From contig DASUKB010000002.1 of NCBI GenBank assembly GCA_036278915.1, positions 95,162-159,161 on the forward strand: a stretch of DNA of 64,000 nt, in the 5' to 3' direction. The translations under genes were made by a program, and so were the position numbers. The notes below the pieces were generated by a model. The model saw nothing but the letters and a program-made list of their open reading frames with translations. It was not told the origin of the DNA and made no database searches. This document shows positions 17,858-27,799 of the stretch, piece by piece (positions within the stretch are counted from its first letter, which is position 1; each line of letters starts with the position of its first letter). This DNA comes from Patescibacteria group bacterium. GTDB taxonomy: Bacteria > Patescibacteriota > Doudnabacteria > UBA920 > O2-02-FULL-48-8.

Positions 17858-18367
17858 CTATTTACGAAGCAAATACCAAAGACAGGGGAGTACCGTGACT
17901 ACTTGAGTGGCAATCCCAAGTGGCCAGAACCGAGACATAGGGAAGTGGGCACGCCATGTTTCATGAATTGCCAAGTGGAGTGTGTGGAACTGTTTAAAAA
18001 GGGAGAATTGGTGCAGTTTTTTGGCCCAAAGCGGAAGATTGTCAACCAAATCTGGCAGATATCCGCCGCCTGCACCCCAGGCAAACATGGAGAAGAAATT
18101 AAAATTGTCCCGATAATGCCAAATTACTAACACAATTAAGAACGCAAGCAGGGAATCGGCAATAGCAAATGTGAGGAGGCCTTTGGACCATTGAATTTCT
18201 CCATCCGGAGATAATGGTGGATTAATCGGGCCGTCGAGATGGGGGAGAAGATCACAAACTAAATGGGATGCGATGCCTGTAGCCAGACCCAAAGCGGGAT
18301 TTTGTGAAACGGCACCCACGGCTACACCAACTGCGCCGCCGATAATAACATGAGAAGTGGCAATCAT
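17858..18367 (-). CDS. Membrane-bound metal-dependent hydrolase, YdjM/DUF457-like
   Basis: MIATSHVIIGGAVG...HLVCDLLPHLD His-rich N-terminus and 3-4 TM helices resemble the SOS-regulated YdjM family. Confidence 0.45.
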   Translation of the reverse strand: MIATSHVIIGGAVGVAVGAVSQNPALGLATGIASHLVCDLLPHLDGPINPPLSPDGEIQWSKGLLTFAIADSLLAFLIVLVIWHYRDNFNFFSMFAWGAGGGYLPDLVDNLPLWAKKLHQFSLFKQFHTLHLAIHETWRAHFPMSRFWPLGIATQVVTVLPCLWYLLRK

Positions 18368-18672
18368 ATAAAGTAAAAAGTTAGAAGTGAGAAGTTGAAA
18401 GTCTGCGGACCCAAGTATTATAAAGCATAAAAAAGAACCGCTCTCATCCGGAAGGACAAGTAGCGGTTCGAAATTGGTCAGGCTTGTGGCTGGAAGCGCT
18501 CACTGGCGTAAACGCCGGTGAGGACAAGGGCAGCCAACGGGCACAGGGATAAAAACTTGCTGTCCCAGCGCATGTACGGTGAAACGAGGACAACGACGGC
18601 AACCACTAAAGCTGGTTGCAGCAGCAGCCATGCGAAGCCGAGGGCCATGCGATGCGGTTTCACGGTGAGTTC

Positions 18673-18891
18673 CTACTTCTGGTAGAAACTCTTGCTGGCC
18701 CAGACCATGGCCGCAGCGACTACGACGAAGGCCGGGATCTTGATGGCCAGGCTGAGACCAGAGTGTCCCACCAGGTCGCAAATCCCTGACAGTTCGATGA
18801 GAACCAGGAACAGTAGGAGCAACTCTCCAAGTTGCACCAGTCGAGGCTGGATTGGGTGGGTTTCCGACAGGTTTTTTGCATGCTCCTCCAT
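18673..18891 (-). CDS. Small hypothetical membrane protein in the GC-rich patch (start uncertain)
   Basis: ORF with two hydrophobic helices; local GC ~58-60%. Confidence 0.25.
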   Translation of the reverse strand: MEEHAKNLSETHPIQPRLVQLGELLLLFLVLIELSGICDLVGHSGLSLAIKIPAFVVVAAAMVWASKSFYQK

Positions 18892-19046
18892 GTGACCCCT
18901 CCTTGAAACGAACTTATCAATTCTACACCTGCCTAATTGCTTCGTCAACAAAAAAAGAAACCCCGCACCAGTCCAGTCAGTTGACCGGACGGTACGGGGC
19001 AAGCCGCAGCGACGTTGTACATTTAAGTACGCATGCTGCGGTGTGT

Positions 19047-19760
19047 TCACGCCTGAGTGGGTGGGGTAAACGACACCAGGTGGTGTAGCGGATGGTGGGC
19101 GTAGCGAGCCGCAATCTCCCGGACCAGCCAGATTTTTGGATTGGCTGGTCCGGACTGGATCGATCTCGAATCAAATTCAGTCACGTTCTGCTCGGGCACG
19201 ATTGGAGAGATGCCCATCTTCCAAGCAATCGCGAGCGCGCGCACGAGCATGGCTTTGTGCGCGATGATCGCCGGCCTGCTGCACCCGCGCAACTTGGAAA
19301 TGCGGATGCATTCCTGCATGCCGTCGACGGTTGAGAAGTACGGTTTGTCCGCAGGCGGCCAGAAGGGAATGATCGGCGCGGTGGACTCTTCAATCCACTG
19401 CGGATCATCCTTGAGCATGGCCAGCGGGACCTCGAACTGGGCAATCATGGGGATGCCTGGTTTCCAGAAATCCAGGATGTTGGCAGCCACATGGGCCAAT
19501 GCCAGGTTTGGTCGGCCCGGATCGAGCCCCCGCGCATTGAGCAATTTCAATGCGTCCAGGTCGTTGCCTTTGGTCTTTTCACGGACCTTGGCAATTTCGG
19601 CGCCGAGTTCAGTGTCGGTGTAGGTGTTGCGACCGAACGCAAACACCCACAAGCAGTCTGCGTCCCGGATGTTGCCGAGACTCGGGCACGCGTTCTTCCA
19701 CGGTCGGAAGTAATCGTGCCGCACGCGTGCGACGGTTTCGGCGTCAATGGCTTGTGCCAC
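19047..19760 (-). CDS. Hypothetical protein (237 aa), GC-rich, no recognisable family
   Basis: Long ORF with composition distinct from the flanking housekeeping genes. Confidence 0.4.
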   Translation of the reverse strand: MAQAIDAETVARVRHDYFRPWKNACPSLGNIRDADCLWVFAFGRNTYTDTELGAEIAKVREKTKGNDLDALKLLNARGLDPGRPNLALAHVAANILDFWKPGIPMIAQFEVPLAMLKDDPQWIEESTAPIIPFWPPADKPYFSTVDGMQECIRISKLRGCSRPAIIAHKAMLVRALAIAWKMGISPIVPEQNVTEFDSRSIQSGPANPKIWLVREIAARYAHHPLHHLVSFTPPTQA

Positions 19761-19830
19761 TGTTTCCTCCTAAATTTTCAGAGAGCAGTCACACGATTGT
19801 GACTTCGCAGTTTAGCAGATTGAAGGCGAT

Positions 19831-19859
19831 TTGTCAATCATACGGATTTTCTGTAAAAT
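19831..19859 (+). promoter_or_regulatory. Sigma70-type promoter (TTGTCA-17-TAAAAT) upstream of the composite tRNA-Arg locus
   Basis: Consensus-like boxes with 17-nt spacer. Confidence 0.6.
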
Positions 19860-19882
19860 GAAGTTCGCAAGGTAAGTCTCGA

Positions 19883-20071
19883 GCCCTCGTAGCTCAATGG
19901 ATACCCGCCCGACTCGCCTGACGGTCTCGTAGCTCAATGGATAGAGCAGCGCCGTCCTAAGGCGTTGATGCCGGTTCGACTCCAGCCGAGGCCACCAGAG
20001 GAGTCAGGCGGGCGGGGAGCAGGCCCGATCCTTTGGGCAAGATGGGGGTTCGATTCCCTTTGAGGTCGCCA
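19883..20071 (+). other. Composite tRNA-Arg locus: outer Arg-like tRNA interrupted in its D-loop (after 19903) by arm + intact tRNA-Arg(CCT) + arm; the outer copy resumes at 20017
   Basis: 18-nt direct repeat CTCGTAGCTCAATGGATA (19886-19903 and 19926-19943); arms CCCGCCCGACTCGCCTGAC and GTCAGGCGGGCGGG are complementary; outer ends GCCCTCG / TGAGGTC-G-CCA pair at 6 of 7 positions. Confidence 0.6.
19923..19997 (+). tRNA. tRNA-Arg (anticodon CCT), inner copy
   Basis: Acceptor GGTCTCG/CGAGGCC, anticodon loop GTCCTAA, T-loop TTCGACT (one C-A mismatch in the T-stem), CCA encoded. Confidence 0.7.
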
Positions 20072-20102
20072 AAAAAGGTCGAAACCATAAAAATAAAATT
20101 AT

Positions 20103-20354
20103 ATGCATCTGCAAAACTACTTTGGCTCGTACGCCAATCCTTACAATATAAAGTTCCTCGGTCCGATTATCGCAATCGTGATTGTCTGGAGTTTTATATG
20201 GAAGGCTTTGGCTCTGTGGCGGGCCGCGCGCAATGGCGCAAAAGTTTGGTACATCGTGCTGCTGATTGTAAATACTCTGGGCATACTTGAAATTTTGTAT
20301 CTGTATGTCTTCAGCAAGCGAAAAGCCACTCTGCCGCCGCCAACGCAAATGTAA
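20103..20354 (+). CDS. Small two-TM membrane protein (83 aa), hypothetical
   Basis: ORF with two hydrophobic helices. Confidence 0.4.
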   Translation: MHLQNYFGSYANPYNIKFLGPIIAIVIVWSFIWKALALWRAARNGAKVWYIVLLIVNTLGILEILYLYVFSKRKATLPPPTQM

Positions 20355-20438
20355 TTTTTGGTAAAATCAAAATCGAGAATTAAATTGAACCAAACGGATT
20401 CAAACGGTTTTGATTTTCGGTCCGGTGTGCAAATTGCG

Positions 20439-20513
20439 GGCCCTTAGCTCATTTGGTAGAGCGCTTCCATGGCATGGAAGAGGTGACCGGTTCGAGCCCG
20501 GTAGGGTCCACCA
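20439..20513 (+). tRNA. tRNA-Ala (anticodon GGC)
   Basis: Acceptor GGGCCCT/AGGGTCC with G3:U70, anticodon loop ATGGCAT, T-arm ACCGGTTCGAGCCCGGT, CCA encoded. Confidence 0.85.
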
Positions 20514-20593
20514 AAAAAGACTTCAAGAATTTTCGTGGGGTCTTTTTTGTTGCCGATTGTCTAACAGGTTTTACTCTCCTATAATGCGGTTAA

Positions 20594-21286
20594 ATGCAAT
20601 TTCCCACCTACAAAAACGAAACAGAAAAACAAGCCTTGGGTTTTTTGCGCGTGGCCGGATGCGACGAAGTGGGGATTGCCCCGCTTGCCGGCCCGGTGGT
20701 GGCCGCAACTGTAATTCTTGACCCAGCGACCATAGGTAGGCAGCGAAGCAAAAGCAAATGGTGGTACCGCGTGCGCGATTCCAAAACCACAAATGAAAAT
20801 GAAAGACAGGATTTGGTGGCGTTTATACAAGACCATTGTTTGGATTTGGGTGTGGGCATTGTCGGCAGGGAATTGATAGACGAAATTAATATCCACCAGG
20901 CCGCGATGCTGGCAATGAAAAGATCCGTGGACAGCCTACGCACTGCCCCCGATTTTTTATTTTTGGATGGGTTGCATAAAATAAAATCTATCTCTTTGTC
21001 GCAGCAGGCAGTTGTGGACGGCGACGCAAAAATACTTTCAATTTCTGCGGCGTCAATCGTCGCCAAGGTTGCACGTGACCGCGCGCTGAGAAATTTACAT
21101 GAACAATTTCCGCAATTCGGATTTGATAAGCACAAAGGATATCCAACGAAGCTGCATCGCGCAGCGATCATTGAGTGTGGGCTTACACCGGAGCACCGTA
21201 CAAGCTTTGGATTTGTGCAACTGTATCTTAAAAAAATGCAATCCGTGAGGTATTTTCAGAAAGCCTTTAGTTTGGTAAACTTATAG
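20594..21286 (+). CDS. rnhB: Ribonuclease HII
   Basis: GCDEVG...DSK catalytic motifs of RNase HII; 230 aa. Confidence 0.9.
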   Translation: MQFPTYKNETEKQALGFLRVAGCDEVGIAPLAGPVVAATVILDPATIGRQRSKSKWWYRVRDSKTTNENERQDLVAFIQDHCLDLGVGIVGRELIDEINIHQAAMLAMKRSVDSLRTAPDFLFLDGLHKIKSISLSQQAVVDGDAKILSISAASIVAKVARDRALRNLHEQFPQFGFDKHKGYPTKLHRAAIIECGLTPEHRTSFGFVQLYLKKMQSVRYFQKAFSLVNL

Positions 21287-21291
21287 AACTA

Positions 21292-21382
21292 TGGAGACGT
21301 GCCGGAGTGGTTGAACGGGCCGGTTTCGAAAACCGGTAAAGGTTAACGCCTTTCAGAGGTTCGAATCCTCTCGTCTCCGCCA
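21292..21382 (+). tRNA. tRNA-Ser (anticodon CGA), long variable arm
   Basis: Acceptor GGAGACG/CGTCTCC, anticodon loop TTCGAAA, long variable arm, T-arm AGGTTCGAATCCT, CCA encoded. Confidence 0.85.
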
Positions 21383-21424
21383 AGAAAAATTTTTTATGAC
21401 GAACGATTTAATCATACTCAACGA

Positions 21425-21997
21425 ATGAAACGATTTGATTTGCCTGTAAAATTTTTTCGGACCGACAAGGATTGGGAAAAATGGCTCGCCAAGAATTACC
21501 ATAAACGAGACGGCATCTGGCTTAAATTTTATAAGAAGAGATCGGGCGTTGCCTCACTCAAATATGACGGAGCATTGGACGTGGCGCTTTGCTACGGCTG
21601 GATTGATGGCCAATTGAAAAGTTTTGACGAGCAGGCATACTTACAACGGTTCACGCCTCGCCGTAAAGGGAGTATCTGGTCCAAGCGAAACACAGAACAT
21701 ATCGCACGGCTCAAAAGGGCGGGCCGCATGAAACCATCTGGAATGATCGCAGTGAAACTGGCCAAGGCCTCGGGTGCGTGGGAGCGGGCATACAAAAGCC
21801 CCAGCCAAATGAGGATGCCCGAGGATTTTTTGGCCCTGTTAAACAAGAACAAAACTGCCAAAGAATTTTTTGCGACTTTAAATAAAGCGAATACTTACGC
21901 AATTGCCTGGCGAATACAGAACGTGAAGCCGGAAAACCGCGCGCGCCGTATCGGGGAAATAATTAAAATGCTATCTAAAAAGCAGAAACTACATTAA
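21425..21997 (+). CDS. YdeI/OmpD-associated family protein (DUF1801-like)
   Basis: WEKWLAKNY...GIWLKFYKK...ALCYGWIDGQ...QRFTPRR signature of the YdeI/OmdA family. Confidence 0.7.
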   Translation: MKRFDLPVKFFRTDKDWEKWLAKNYHKRDGIWLKFYKKRSGVASLKYDGALDVALCYGWIDGQLKSFDEQAYLQRFTPRRKGSIWSKRNTEHIARLKRAGRMKPSGMIAVKLAKASGAWERAYKSPSQMRMPEDFLALLNKNKTAKEFFATLNKANTYAIAWRIQNVKPENRARRIGEIIKMLSKKQKLH

Positions 21998-21998
21998 G

Positions 21999-22427
21999 AT
22001 GTCATATCAAGCGAAATCCGAGACTACAATTAACGCACCAATTGAGAAAGTCTGGCAAACACTTACGGATCCCGAATTGGTGAAACAGTGGCTGTTTGGC
22101 ACGGAGATGTCTGTCAGCGAATGGGCAGTTGGCGGGAAAATAAGTTATAAAGGAGTTTGGGAAGGCAAAACTTACGAAGATAAAGGCGAGATTTTGGAAC
22201 TTGTACCAGAGCAAAAATTAGCGAGCACTTACTGGAGCGGCATGTCGGGTTTGCCGGATGTGCCGGAAAATTATCAAAAGGTGAGTTATATCCTTTCTGA
22301 AGCAAATGATGGAACAAAACTGACCATTATCCAAGAAGGTAATCCAACAGAGGAATCGGCCAAGCATTCGGAAAGCAATTGGAACACCGTTTTGGAAAGT
22401 TTCAAAAAATTAGCGGAAAATTCATAA
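21999..22427 (+). CDS. SRPBCC domain protein (AHSA1/polyketide cyclase-like)
   Basis: INAPIEKVWQTLTDPELVKQW N-terminus typical of Activator-of-Hsp90-ATPase-like SRPBCC proteins. Confidence 0.7.
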   Translation: MSYQAKSETTINAPIEKVWQTLTDPELVKQWLFGTEMSVSEWAVGGKISYKGVWEGKTYEDKGEILELVPEQKLASTYWSGMSGLPDVPENYQKVSYILSEANDGTKLTIIQEGNPTEESAKHSESNWNTVLESFKKLAENS

Positions 22428-22430
22428 ATA

Positions 22431-22457
22431 AAAAAACTCCCGGAAAGGGAGTTTTTT
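22431..22457. terminator. Bidirectional rho-independent terminator
   Basis: AAAAAACTCCC-GGAAA-GGGAGTTTTTT. Confidence 0.85.
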
Positions 22458-22467
22458 AGAGCCGTTA

Positions 22468-22797
22468 TTAAAAGTTGAAGTTTTTGGCAAAGCCGCCGAT
22501 TATTGGAAGCTCTTTTTCCTGGCCATTGACCGCATTCATAATACCAAGAATCATAAGCACGAATACGCAGAGCCAGAGCAGCCAGCCGATAACTGGGATC
22601 CAAAAGAAAACCGAACCCAAAACCCAGACAATCAGCAGGGCCAATCCTTGCTTGGCGTGGAATTTAACAAATGGATCGTGACGGGAATCGGACACCAGCG
22701 GGATTATGACCAAGATGCCAATGTACGATAGGAGTGCCATGCCGGAATTTTTACCGTGGTTGGCGTGGTGAGATTGATGTTCGTGATTGGGTTCCAT
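22468..22797 (-). CDS. DUF4870 family membrane protein
   Basis: YIGILVIIPL...FVKFHAKQGLALLIV motif of DUF4870; His-rich N-terminus. Confidence 0.65.
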   Translation of the reverse strand: MEPNHEHQSHHANHGKNSGMALLSYIGILVIIPLVSDSRHDPFVKFHAKQGLALLIVWVLGSVFFWIPVIGWLLWLCVFVLMILGIMNAVNGQEKELPIIGGFAKNFNF

Positions 22798-22893
22798 AAG
22801 TTGTTATTAATATTTGCCTTTACTATATAACATTTAATTGCTTGCAGCAATAAGTCCAATTTACCAAAGTTCAAGGATAGGTAAAATTTTGGT

Positions 22894-23466
22894 ATGATAT
22901 TCATAGGACTGGCCGGGCCCTCGGGCGCGGGCAAAACAACATTGGCAAATTACCTGGCGACTTACTTTGGCAACGAATTTGAGCACATCCGCCTGGATGA
23001 CTATTTGCGCGACCCGGCGGAGTTTCCCAGGCAAGGAAAATTTAGAAATTGGGAGCACCCGAATAATTACAAATTTGATTTGCTTTTGTCCCATCTGCAA
23101 AAACTGCGGGAGGGCAGGGAAGTTTTGAGCAGGAATTTCACCTGGCGACCAGAAGAATTGCCTTACGAATTCTATCTGAAACCAAAAAAATATATTTTGA
23201 TTGAAGGCGCACTGGCCTTGGCCGACGAAAGATTGGTCTCAATTTTTGACAGAAAAATCTATCTGGATGTGCCAGTTGAAGTAATGCTGGCCCGCCGCGC
23301 CAAGCGCATGGGTAAATCTTTCGATCCCGAATACGACCGCGAGGTCGTAGTGCCTGAATTTGAACGACACGGCATGATCCAAAAAATTCACGCCGACCAT
23401 ATAGTGGACGGGACAAAGGATCCTAATACCGTTGCCCGGACTGTGCGCGATTTGATCGCAGAATAA
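22894..23466 (+). CDS. Uridine kinase-like P-loop NTPase
   Basis: GLAGPSGAGKTTLA Walker A; PRK/uridine kinase fold size. Confidence 0.65.
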   Translation: MIFIGLAGPSGAGKTTLANYLATYFGNEFEHIRLDDYLRDPAEFPRQGKFRNWEHPNNYKFDLLLSHLQKLREGREVLSRNFTWRPEELPYEFYLKPKKYILIEGALALADERLVSIFDRKIYLDVPVEVMLARRAKRMGKSFDPEYDREVVVPEFERHGMIQKIHADHIVDGTKDPNTVARTVRDLIAE

Positions 23467-23472
23467 AGTTCA

Positions 23473-23516
23473 CCCTCACCCCGACCCCTCTCCCTTGAGG
23501 GAGAGGGGAGTTCTAA
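23473..23516. repeat. Repeated palindromic element, copy 1 (CCCCGACCCCTCTCCC-TTGA-GGGAGAGGGGAGTTCTAA), ends 1 nt before the glycosyltransferase ATG
   Basis: 10-bp perfect hairpin; ~40 nt shared with 28764-28809. Confidence 0.8.
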
Positions 23517-24668
23517 ATGAATATGACTAAAACTAAAATTCTAATTTTACACACATCTGTAGGCCACGGCATCAAAACCACGGCTTACAATTTAGCAGAA
23601 ACTCTGGGGCACGATCCGGAGTTTGAGATCCGCGTGGAAGACATAGGCCGGGTCGAGGCTTCGGTATTTGCCAAAAGCATAGAAGCCGCGTACAAGAAAA
23701 TCATGGACCGGTTTGGGGGATTGTGGGGATTTTTATACCGTTCGCGCTTGGTGCTTGGCATAATGATGCCGCTGCGCAAATTTATAGCATCGTTCCAGTC
23801 TAAAAAAACTTTAGAATTACTGCGGCAATTCCAGCCGGCGATTGTAATCTCCACGCAAGCTGTTTCAACTGGCATAATTGCCTACCTGAAATCAAAGGAT
23901 TTGTACCGCGGACGATTGGTGGCCGTGTTTTCGGATTATCATTTGCATCCGTTTTGGTGTTTTGATGAGGTGGATCTATACTTTTGCAATCTGGCCGAAC
24001 AAGCCGAAGGCCTAAAGCGTCTAAATGTGCCTGTGGAAAAAATTGCAATCACGGGTTTGTTTGTTGCCGAGAAGTTTTATAAACCAATCGACCGCCAGCA
24101 GGCTTGCCAAGACCTGGGGCTGCTTCTGACCATGCCTAAAGTCTTGCTGTTCTCTGGTGCCCGGCCCAGGATGTCCAATAAAGAAATTTTTCTCGCGCTG
24201 CTGCGCAGCCCGAAAAGCTTTCAGGTTATTGCCATCTGCGGCAACAATATGGAGCTTAAATCGGAATTGGAAAAAATTTCCGCGCCCAAAAATCATCCGG
24301 TTAAAATTTACGGCTATACCGATTCCGTGGCCGAGCTTATGTCCGCTGCCGACGTGCTGGTAGGCAAAACTGGGGGACCGACTATGGGAGAGGCGGTTCT
24401 AAAAAAATTGCCTTTGGTTCTAACCGATATCGCGCCGGGTCATGAACAAGAAAATTTGGAATTTTTGGTCAGACACGGCGTGGCTCATTACGGCCGGATC
24501 CCGCGCGAGGTCGTATTTTTGGTGGAGGAGATCTTGGACGGAAGGAAAGCCACCAATTGGGAGCAAGCATTCCGTACAATCATTAAACCGGAAGGAACGG
24601 TGGGCGCAATAGAGGCGCTCCACGCGATTAGACCGCGCGCTTTGGTGCGGAATTACCAGGAGCAGTAA
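23517..24668 (+). CDS. MGDG-synthase-family glycosyltransferase (diacylglycerol glycosyltransferase, GT28-like)
   Basis: KILILHTSVGHGIKTTAYNL N-terminal MGDG_synth domain and C-terminal GT-B domain. Confidence 0.7.
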   Translation: MNMTKTKILILHTSVGHGIKTTAYNLAETLGHDPEFEIRVEDIGRVEASVFAKSIEAAYKKIMDRFGGLWGFLYRSRLVLGIMMPLRKFIASFQSKKTLELLRQFQPAIVISTQAVSTGIIAYLKSKDLYRGRLVAVFSDYHLHPFWCFDEVDLYFCNLAEQAEGLKRLNVPVEKIAITGLFVAEKFYKPIDRQQACQDLGLLLTMPKVLLFSGARPRMSNKEIFLALLRSPKSFQVIAICGNNMELKSELEKISAPKNHPVKIYGYTDSVAELMSAADVLVGKTGGPTMGEAVLKKLPLVLTDIAPGHEQENLEFLVRHGVAHYGRIPREVVFLVEEILDGRKATNWEQAFRTIIKPEGTVGAIEALHAIRPRALVRNYQEQ

Positions 24669-24726
24669 CGATTAGATCCCGGCTGCGTTGGGATTACGTT
24701 TAATTAGATAAAGTTAAGGGTTCAAT

Positions 24727-24755
24727 TTGACACAAGCATCCGGATTTACTACTAT
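24727..24755 (+). promoter_or_regulatory. Sigma70-type promoter (TTGACA-17-TACTAT) upstream of hsp20
   Basis: Consensus -35 with 17-nt spacer. Confidence 0.5.
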
Positions 24756-24781
24756 CTAACTACAATATTATTGAAATCCAT

Positions 24782-25276
24782 ATGGCCAAGGACAAAAATT
24801 TGATAAACAAACTTATGGGCACGCAGGAAATTTCCGACGAAGAAGGAAACAGCTATCCTGTCAGCGAGGATGAGACAGAGGAGACAGAGTCTGCGGCCAT
24901 ATCGGCCCAGCAGCAACCTTCCGAAGACTGGCTGTCCGAGTACGAAGGTCAGTTGACCATAGACATGTATCAGACCAAGGACAACGTTGTCATAAAGTCA
25001 ACGATTGCGGGAGTGAAGGGTGACGACATTGATGTTACGATAGCCAACGACATGGTAACTATCCGCGGCGAGCGCAAAAAGGATTTTGAAGCATCAAGCG
25101 AAGATTATTTTTATCAGGAATGTTATTGGGGATCATTTTCCCGCTCCGTGGTGCTGCCGGTGGACGTGGACATAGATAATGTTTCGGCCGACCTCAAGGA
25201 CGGAATTCTGACTGTAATTTTACCCAAGGCTGCCAAAGCCAAAGCCAAAAAGATTCGAGTCGGCTCCAAGGTCTAA
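24782..25276 (+). CDS. Hsp20/alpha-crystallin family small heat shock protein
   Basis: Alpha-crystallin domain (LTIDMYQTKDNVVIK...GILTVILPK); acidic N-terminus. Confidence 0.85.
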   Translation: MAKDKNLINKLMGTQEISDEEGNSYPVSEDETEETESAAISAQQQPSEDWLSEYEGQLTIDMYQTKDNVVIKSTIAGVKGDDIDVTIANDMVTIRGERKKDFEASSEDYFYQECYWGSFSRSVVLPVDVDIDNVSADLKDGILTVILPKAAKAKAKKIRVGSKV

Positions 25277-25286
25277 TTTATAAACC

Positions 25287-25317
25287 TAAAAAACCGAGAT
25301 CAATATCTCGGTTTTTT
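25287..25317 (+). terminator. Rho-independent terminator after hsp20
   Basis: AAAACCGAGAT-CAATA-TCTCGGTTTTTT. Confidence 0.85.
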
Positions 25318-25424
25318 GATACTTGATTTTTCTCTGAAAATCTGGCAGAATAATTTGTACCCCTGATAGGAGAGGGAAATAATGAAGATCTTCGGAGAGA
25401 GGAATTCTATTTTGAAGAGAACCT

Positions 25425-27353
25425 ATGGACATTTCAAGTTTATCTAGACAACTCAATATGTCAGTGGCACAGCTGCGGGCTCGTATGGGCCAGGCTGGTT
25501 TTCGCGTGTCTCCCAAAGCGAATAAAATTGACAACCTCTTGGCTAAGCAAGTCCTCAATGCGCTGGCTTACAAACCGAAACCGGAAGTCCATTTAACCGA
25601 GCCGCGGGAAGTGAGTCTGCCAAAGGTTATGAGCGTCAAAGAATTTGCTCAGATTTTGGCTTTGGATGTGACTGTGGTCATGAAGAAACTGATCCAAAAC
25701 GGCGTTATGGCCACTATCAACGAGGAGATTGACTACGATACCGCCGCAATTGTGGCATCCGATTTGGGATTTAATGTTTCCGAAACTAAGCAAGCGACTA
25801 CGCGATTGGGATTGGGCTTTGTCAACGACGCGATTGCTGATGAATTGAAAGCACAGCCGGACGCGTTTATAACGAGACCTCCGATCGTGGCGGTTATGGG
25901 TCACGTTGACCACGGCAAAACTACTCTTTTGGACACGATCCGCAAAACTAAAGTCGTGGAGCGTGAATCCGGCGGTATCACGCAGCATATCGGCGCATAC
26001 CAAGTGGCGCATAACGGCAAGCCTGTAACGTTTCTGGATACGCCCGGACACGAAGCGTTCTCGGCCATGCGCGCCCGCGGTGCCAACGTCACGGACATTA
26101 TAGTTTTGGTCGTGGCCGCAGACGACGGAGTCAAACCTCAGACTATAGAAGTTATCAACCGAGCCAAACTTACGAGTACGCCTTTGATCGTCGCCATGAA
26201 TAAAGTAGATAAGCCCGATGCCAACCCCGAGCGCGTGAAAAAAGAATTATCCGATTATGGGGTTTTAATTGAAGAGTGGGGTGGGTCAGTCCCTGTGGCT
26301 AAAATTTCCGGCTTGACTGGCCAGGGCGTAGACGAACTGCTGGAATTAATTCTGTTGCAGGCCGAAGTTTTGGATTTGAAAGCCAACCCAAGCGGCCAGA
26401 CGCTCGCCACCGTTATTGAGTCGAGACTTTCGCGCACACAAGGCCCGACTGCCACAGTGCTCGTGCAAAATGGCACCCTGAAAGTTTCAGACATCATTGC
26501 TTTGGGACGTGCTTATGGACGGGTTCGGAGCATGGAAGACTCTTCTGGTAAAAAATTAAAACAGGCGCAACCCTCCCAACCAGTGCTCCTTACCGGACTT
26601 TCGGAAGTGCCGCAAGTTGGCGATATTTTGCGGATTTATCCGACCGTTGAGGCAGCCAGAGCTCAGGCTTTGGAAGTCGTCAAATCCGAACGCGCGAAAA
26701 AATTTCAGACTTCATCCAGACTCAATGTTACAGGCAAGGATTTGAATTTGATTATCAAGGCCGATGTGCTAGGAAGTCTTGAGGCTATCAATGACGCCCT
26801 CAACAAATTGAAAAACAACGAAGTCAAAGTTAACGTTCTCGAGCAGGGCGTGGGAGAAATCAACGAGAATGATATTTTGCGCGCGCAGTCGGCCAATGGC
26901 GTTATCATTGGCTTCCATACCAGGCTTAACGCCCAGGCGGCGAAATTGGCGCAGTCGCGCCAGGTGCCAGTGCAGCTTTACGACATCATTTACGAATTGG
27001 TGGAAGATCTCACGCGCCAGGTTATAGACATGCTCACGCCGGAGGTTATGCGCACGGACCTGGGTCGGGCCAAAATTTTGGCCGTGTTTCGCACGGAAAA
27101 AGACAAAATGATCGTTGGCGGCCAGGTGGCGGAAGGCAAAATTAAAGAAAAAACTTCCGTTGAGATCAAACGCGGTGAAGAAATTGTCGGACGCGGTCAG
27201 ATTACAGAATTGCAACAAAACAAAATCAAAGCCAGCGAGGTTTTGAGGGGTTCGGAGTTTGGCGTAAGCATCAAAACCACGACCAATATTTTGGAAGGCG
27301 ACGTGCTTATAATTTACGAAGAGTCCGTGCGAAAGCGGGGATTGGAAGGATAG
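25425..27353 (+). CDS. infB: Translation initiation factor IF-2
   Basis: [13 protein letters not shown]1 motif, [12 protein letters not shown]; 642 aa. Confidence 0.95.
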   Translation: MDISSLSRQLNMSVAQLRARMGQAGFRVSPKANKIDNLLAKQVLNALAYKPKPEVHLTEPREVSLPKVMSVKEFAQILALDVTVVMKKLIQNGVMATINEEIDYDTAAIVASDLGFNVSETKQATTRLGLGFVNDAIADELKAQPDAFITRPPIVAVMGHVDHGKTTLLDTIRKTKVVERESGGITQHIGAYQVAHNGKPVTFLDTPGHEAFSAMRARGANVTDIIVLVVAADDGVKPQTIEVINRAKLTSTPLIVAMNKVDKPDANPERVKKELSDYGVLIEEWGGSVPVAKISGLTGQGVDELLELILLQAEVLDLKANPSGQTLATVIESRLSRTQGPTATVLVQNGTLKVSDIIALGRAYGRVRSMEDSSGKKLKQAQPSQPVLLTGLSEVPQVGDILRIYPTVEAARAQALEVVKSERAKKFQTSSRLNVTGKDLNLIIKADVLGSLEAINDALNKLKNNEVKVNVLEQGVGEINENDILRAQSANGVIIGFHTRLNAQAAKLAQSRQVPVQLYDIIYELVEDLTRQVIDMLTPEVMRTDLGRAKILAVFRTEKDKMIVGGQVAEGKIKEKTSVEIKRGEEIVGRGQITELQQNKIKASEVLRGSEFGVSIKTTTNILEGDVLIIYEESVRKRGLEG

Positions 27354-27359
27354 TTAGCC

Positions 27360-27692
27360 ATGTCCAGAAGAACTGAAAAAGTTGCAGCAACATTACAAGA
27401 GCAGTTAGGCTTACAGATCAATAAGCTCGAACTGCCTTTTTTGACGACGATTTCCAAGGTGGAAGTCACGCCAGACTTAAAGCACGCCAAGGTTTGGATT
27501 ACCGTTTTTTCCGACAAGCCAGAGGACGAAACGGCTGTTTTGGAAAGTTTGGCCGAACATAAATATGAATTGCAAGGGGAGATGTATAAATACTTCGAAA
27601 GCAAAAACGTGCCCCGCATACACTTTGAACTTGATCACTCCGAACAATACTCCGATCACATAAACAAATTACTTAAAGAAACAGAAGAATAA
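27360..27692 (+). CDS. rbfA: Ribosome-binding factor A
   Basis: 110 aa KH-like RbfA fold; canonical position after infB. Confidence 0.85.
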   Translation: MSRRTEKVAATLQEQLGLQINKLELPFLTTISKVEVTPDLKHAKVWITVFSDKPEDETAVLESLAEHKYELQGEMYKYFESKNVPRIHFELDHSEQYSDHINKLLKETEE

Positions 27693-27799
27693 TTTCATAA
27701 ATCGGTTTATTCATATATCAAACCCAAGAGGCTTGCCAGGATTGGGTTTTTTTGTTAATATGTTTGGCTATGCTGATTTCCAATTCCACTAAAGTTGAT

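Noticed and set aside
17583-18130. Plus-strand ORFs 17583-17801 and 17654-18130 overlapping tRNA-Pro and antisense to the YdjM-like gene
   Set aside because: They overlap a minus-strand tRNA and a better-supported minus-strand membrane protein; no SD or domain evidence.
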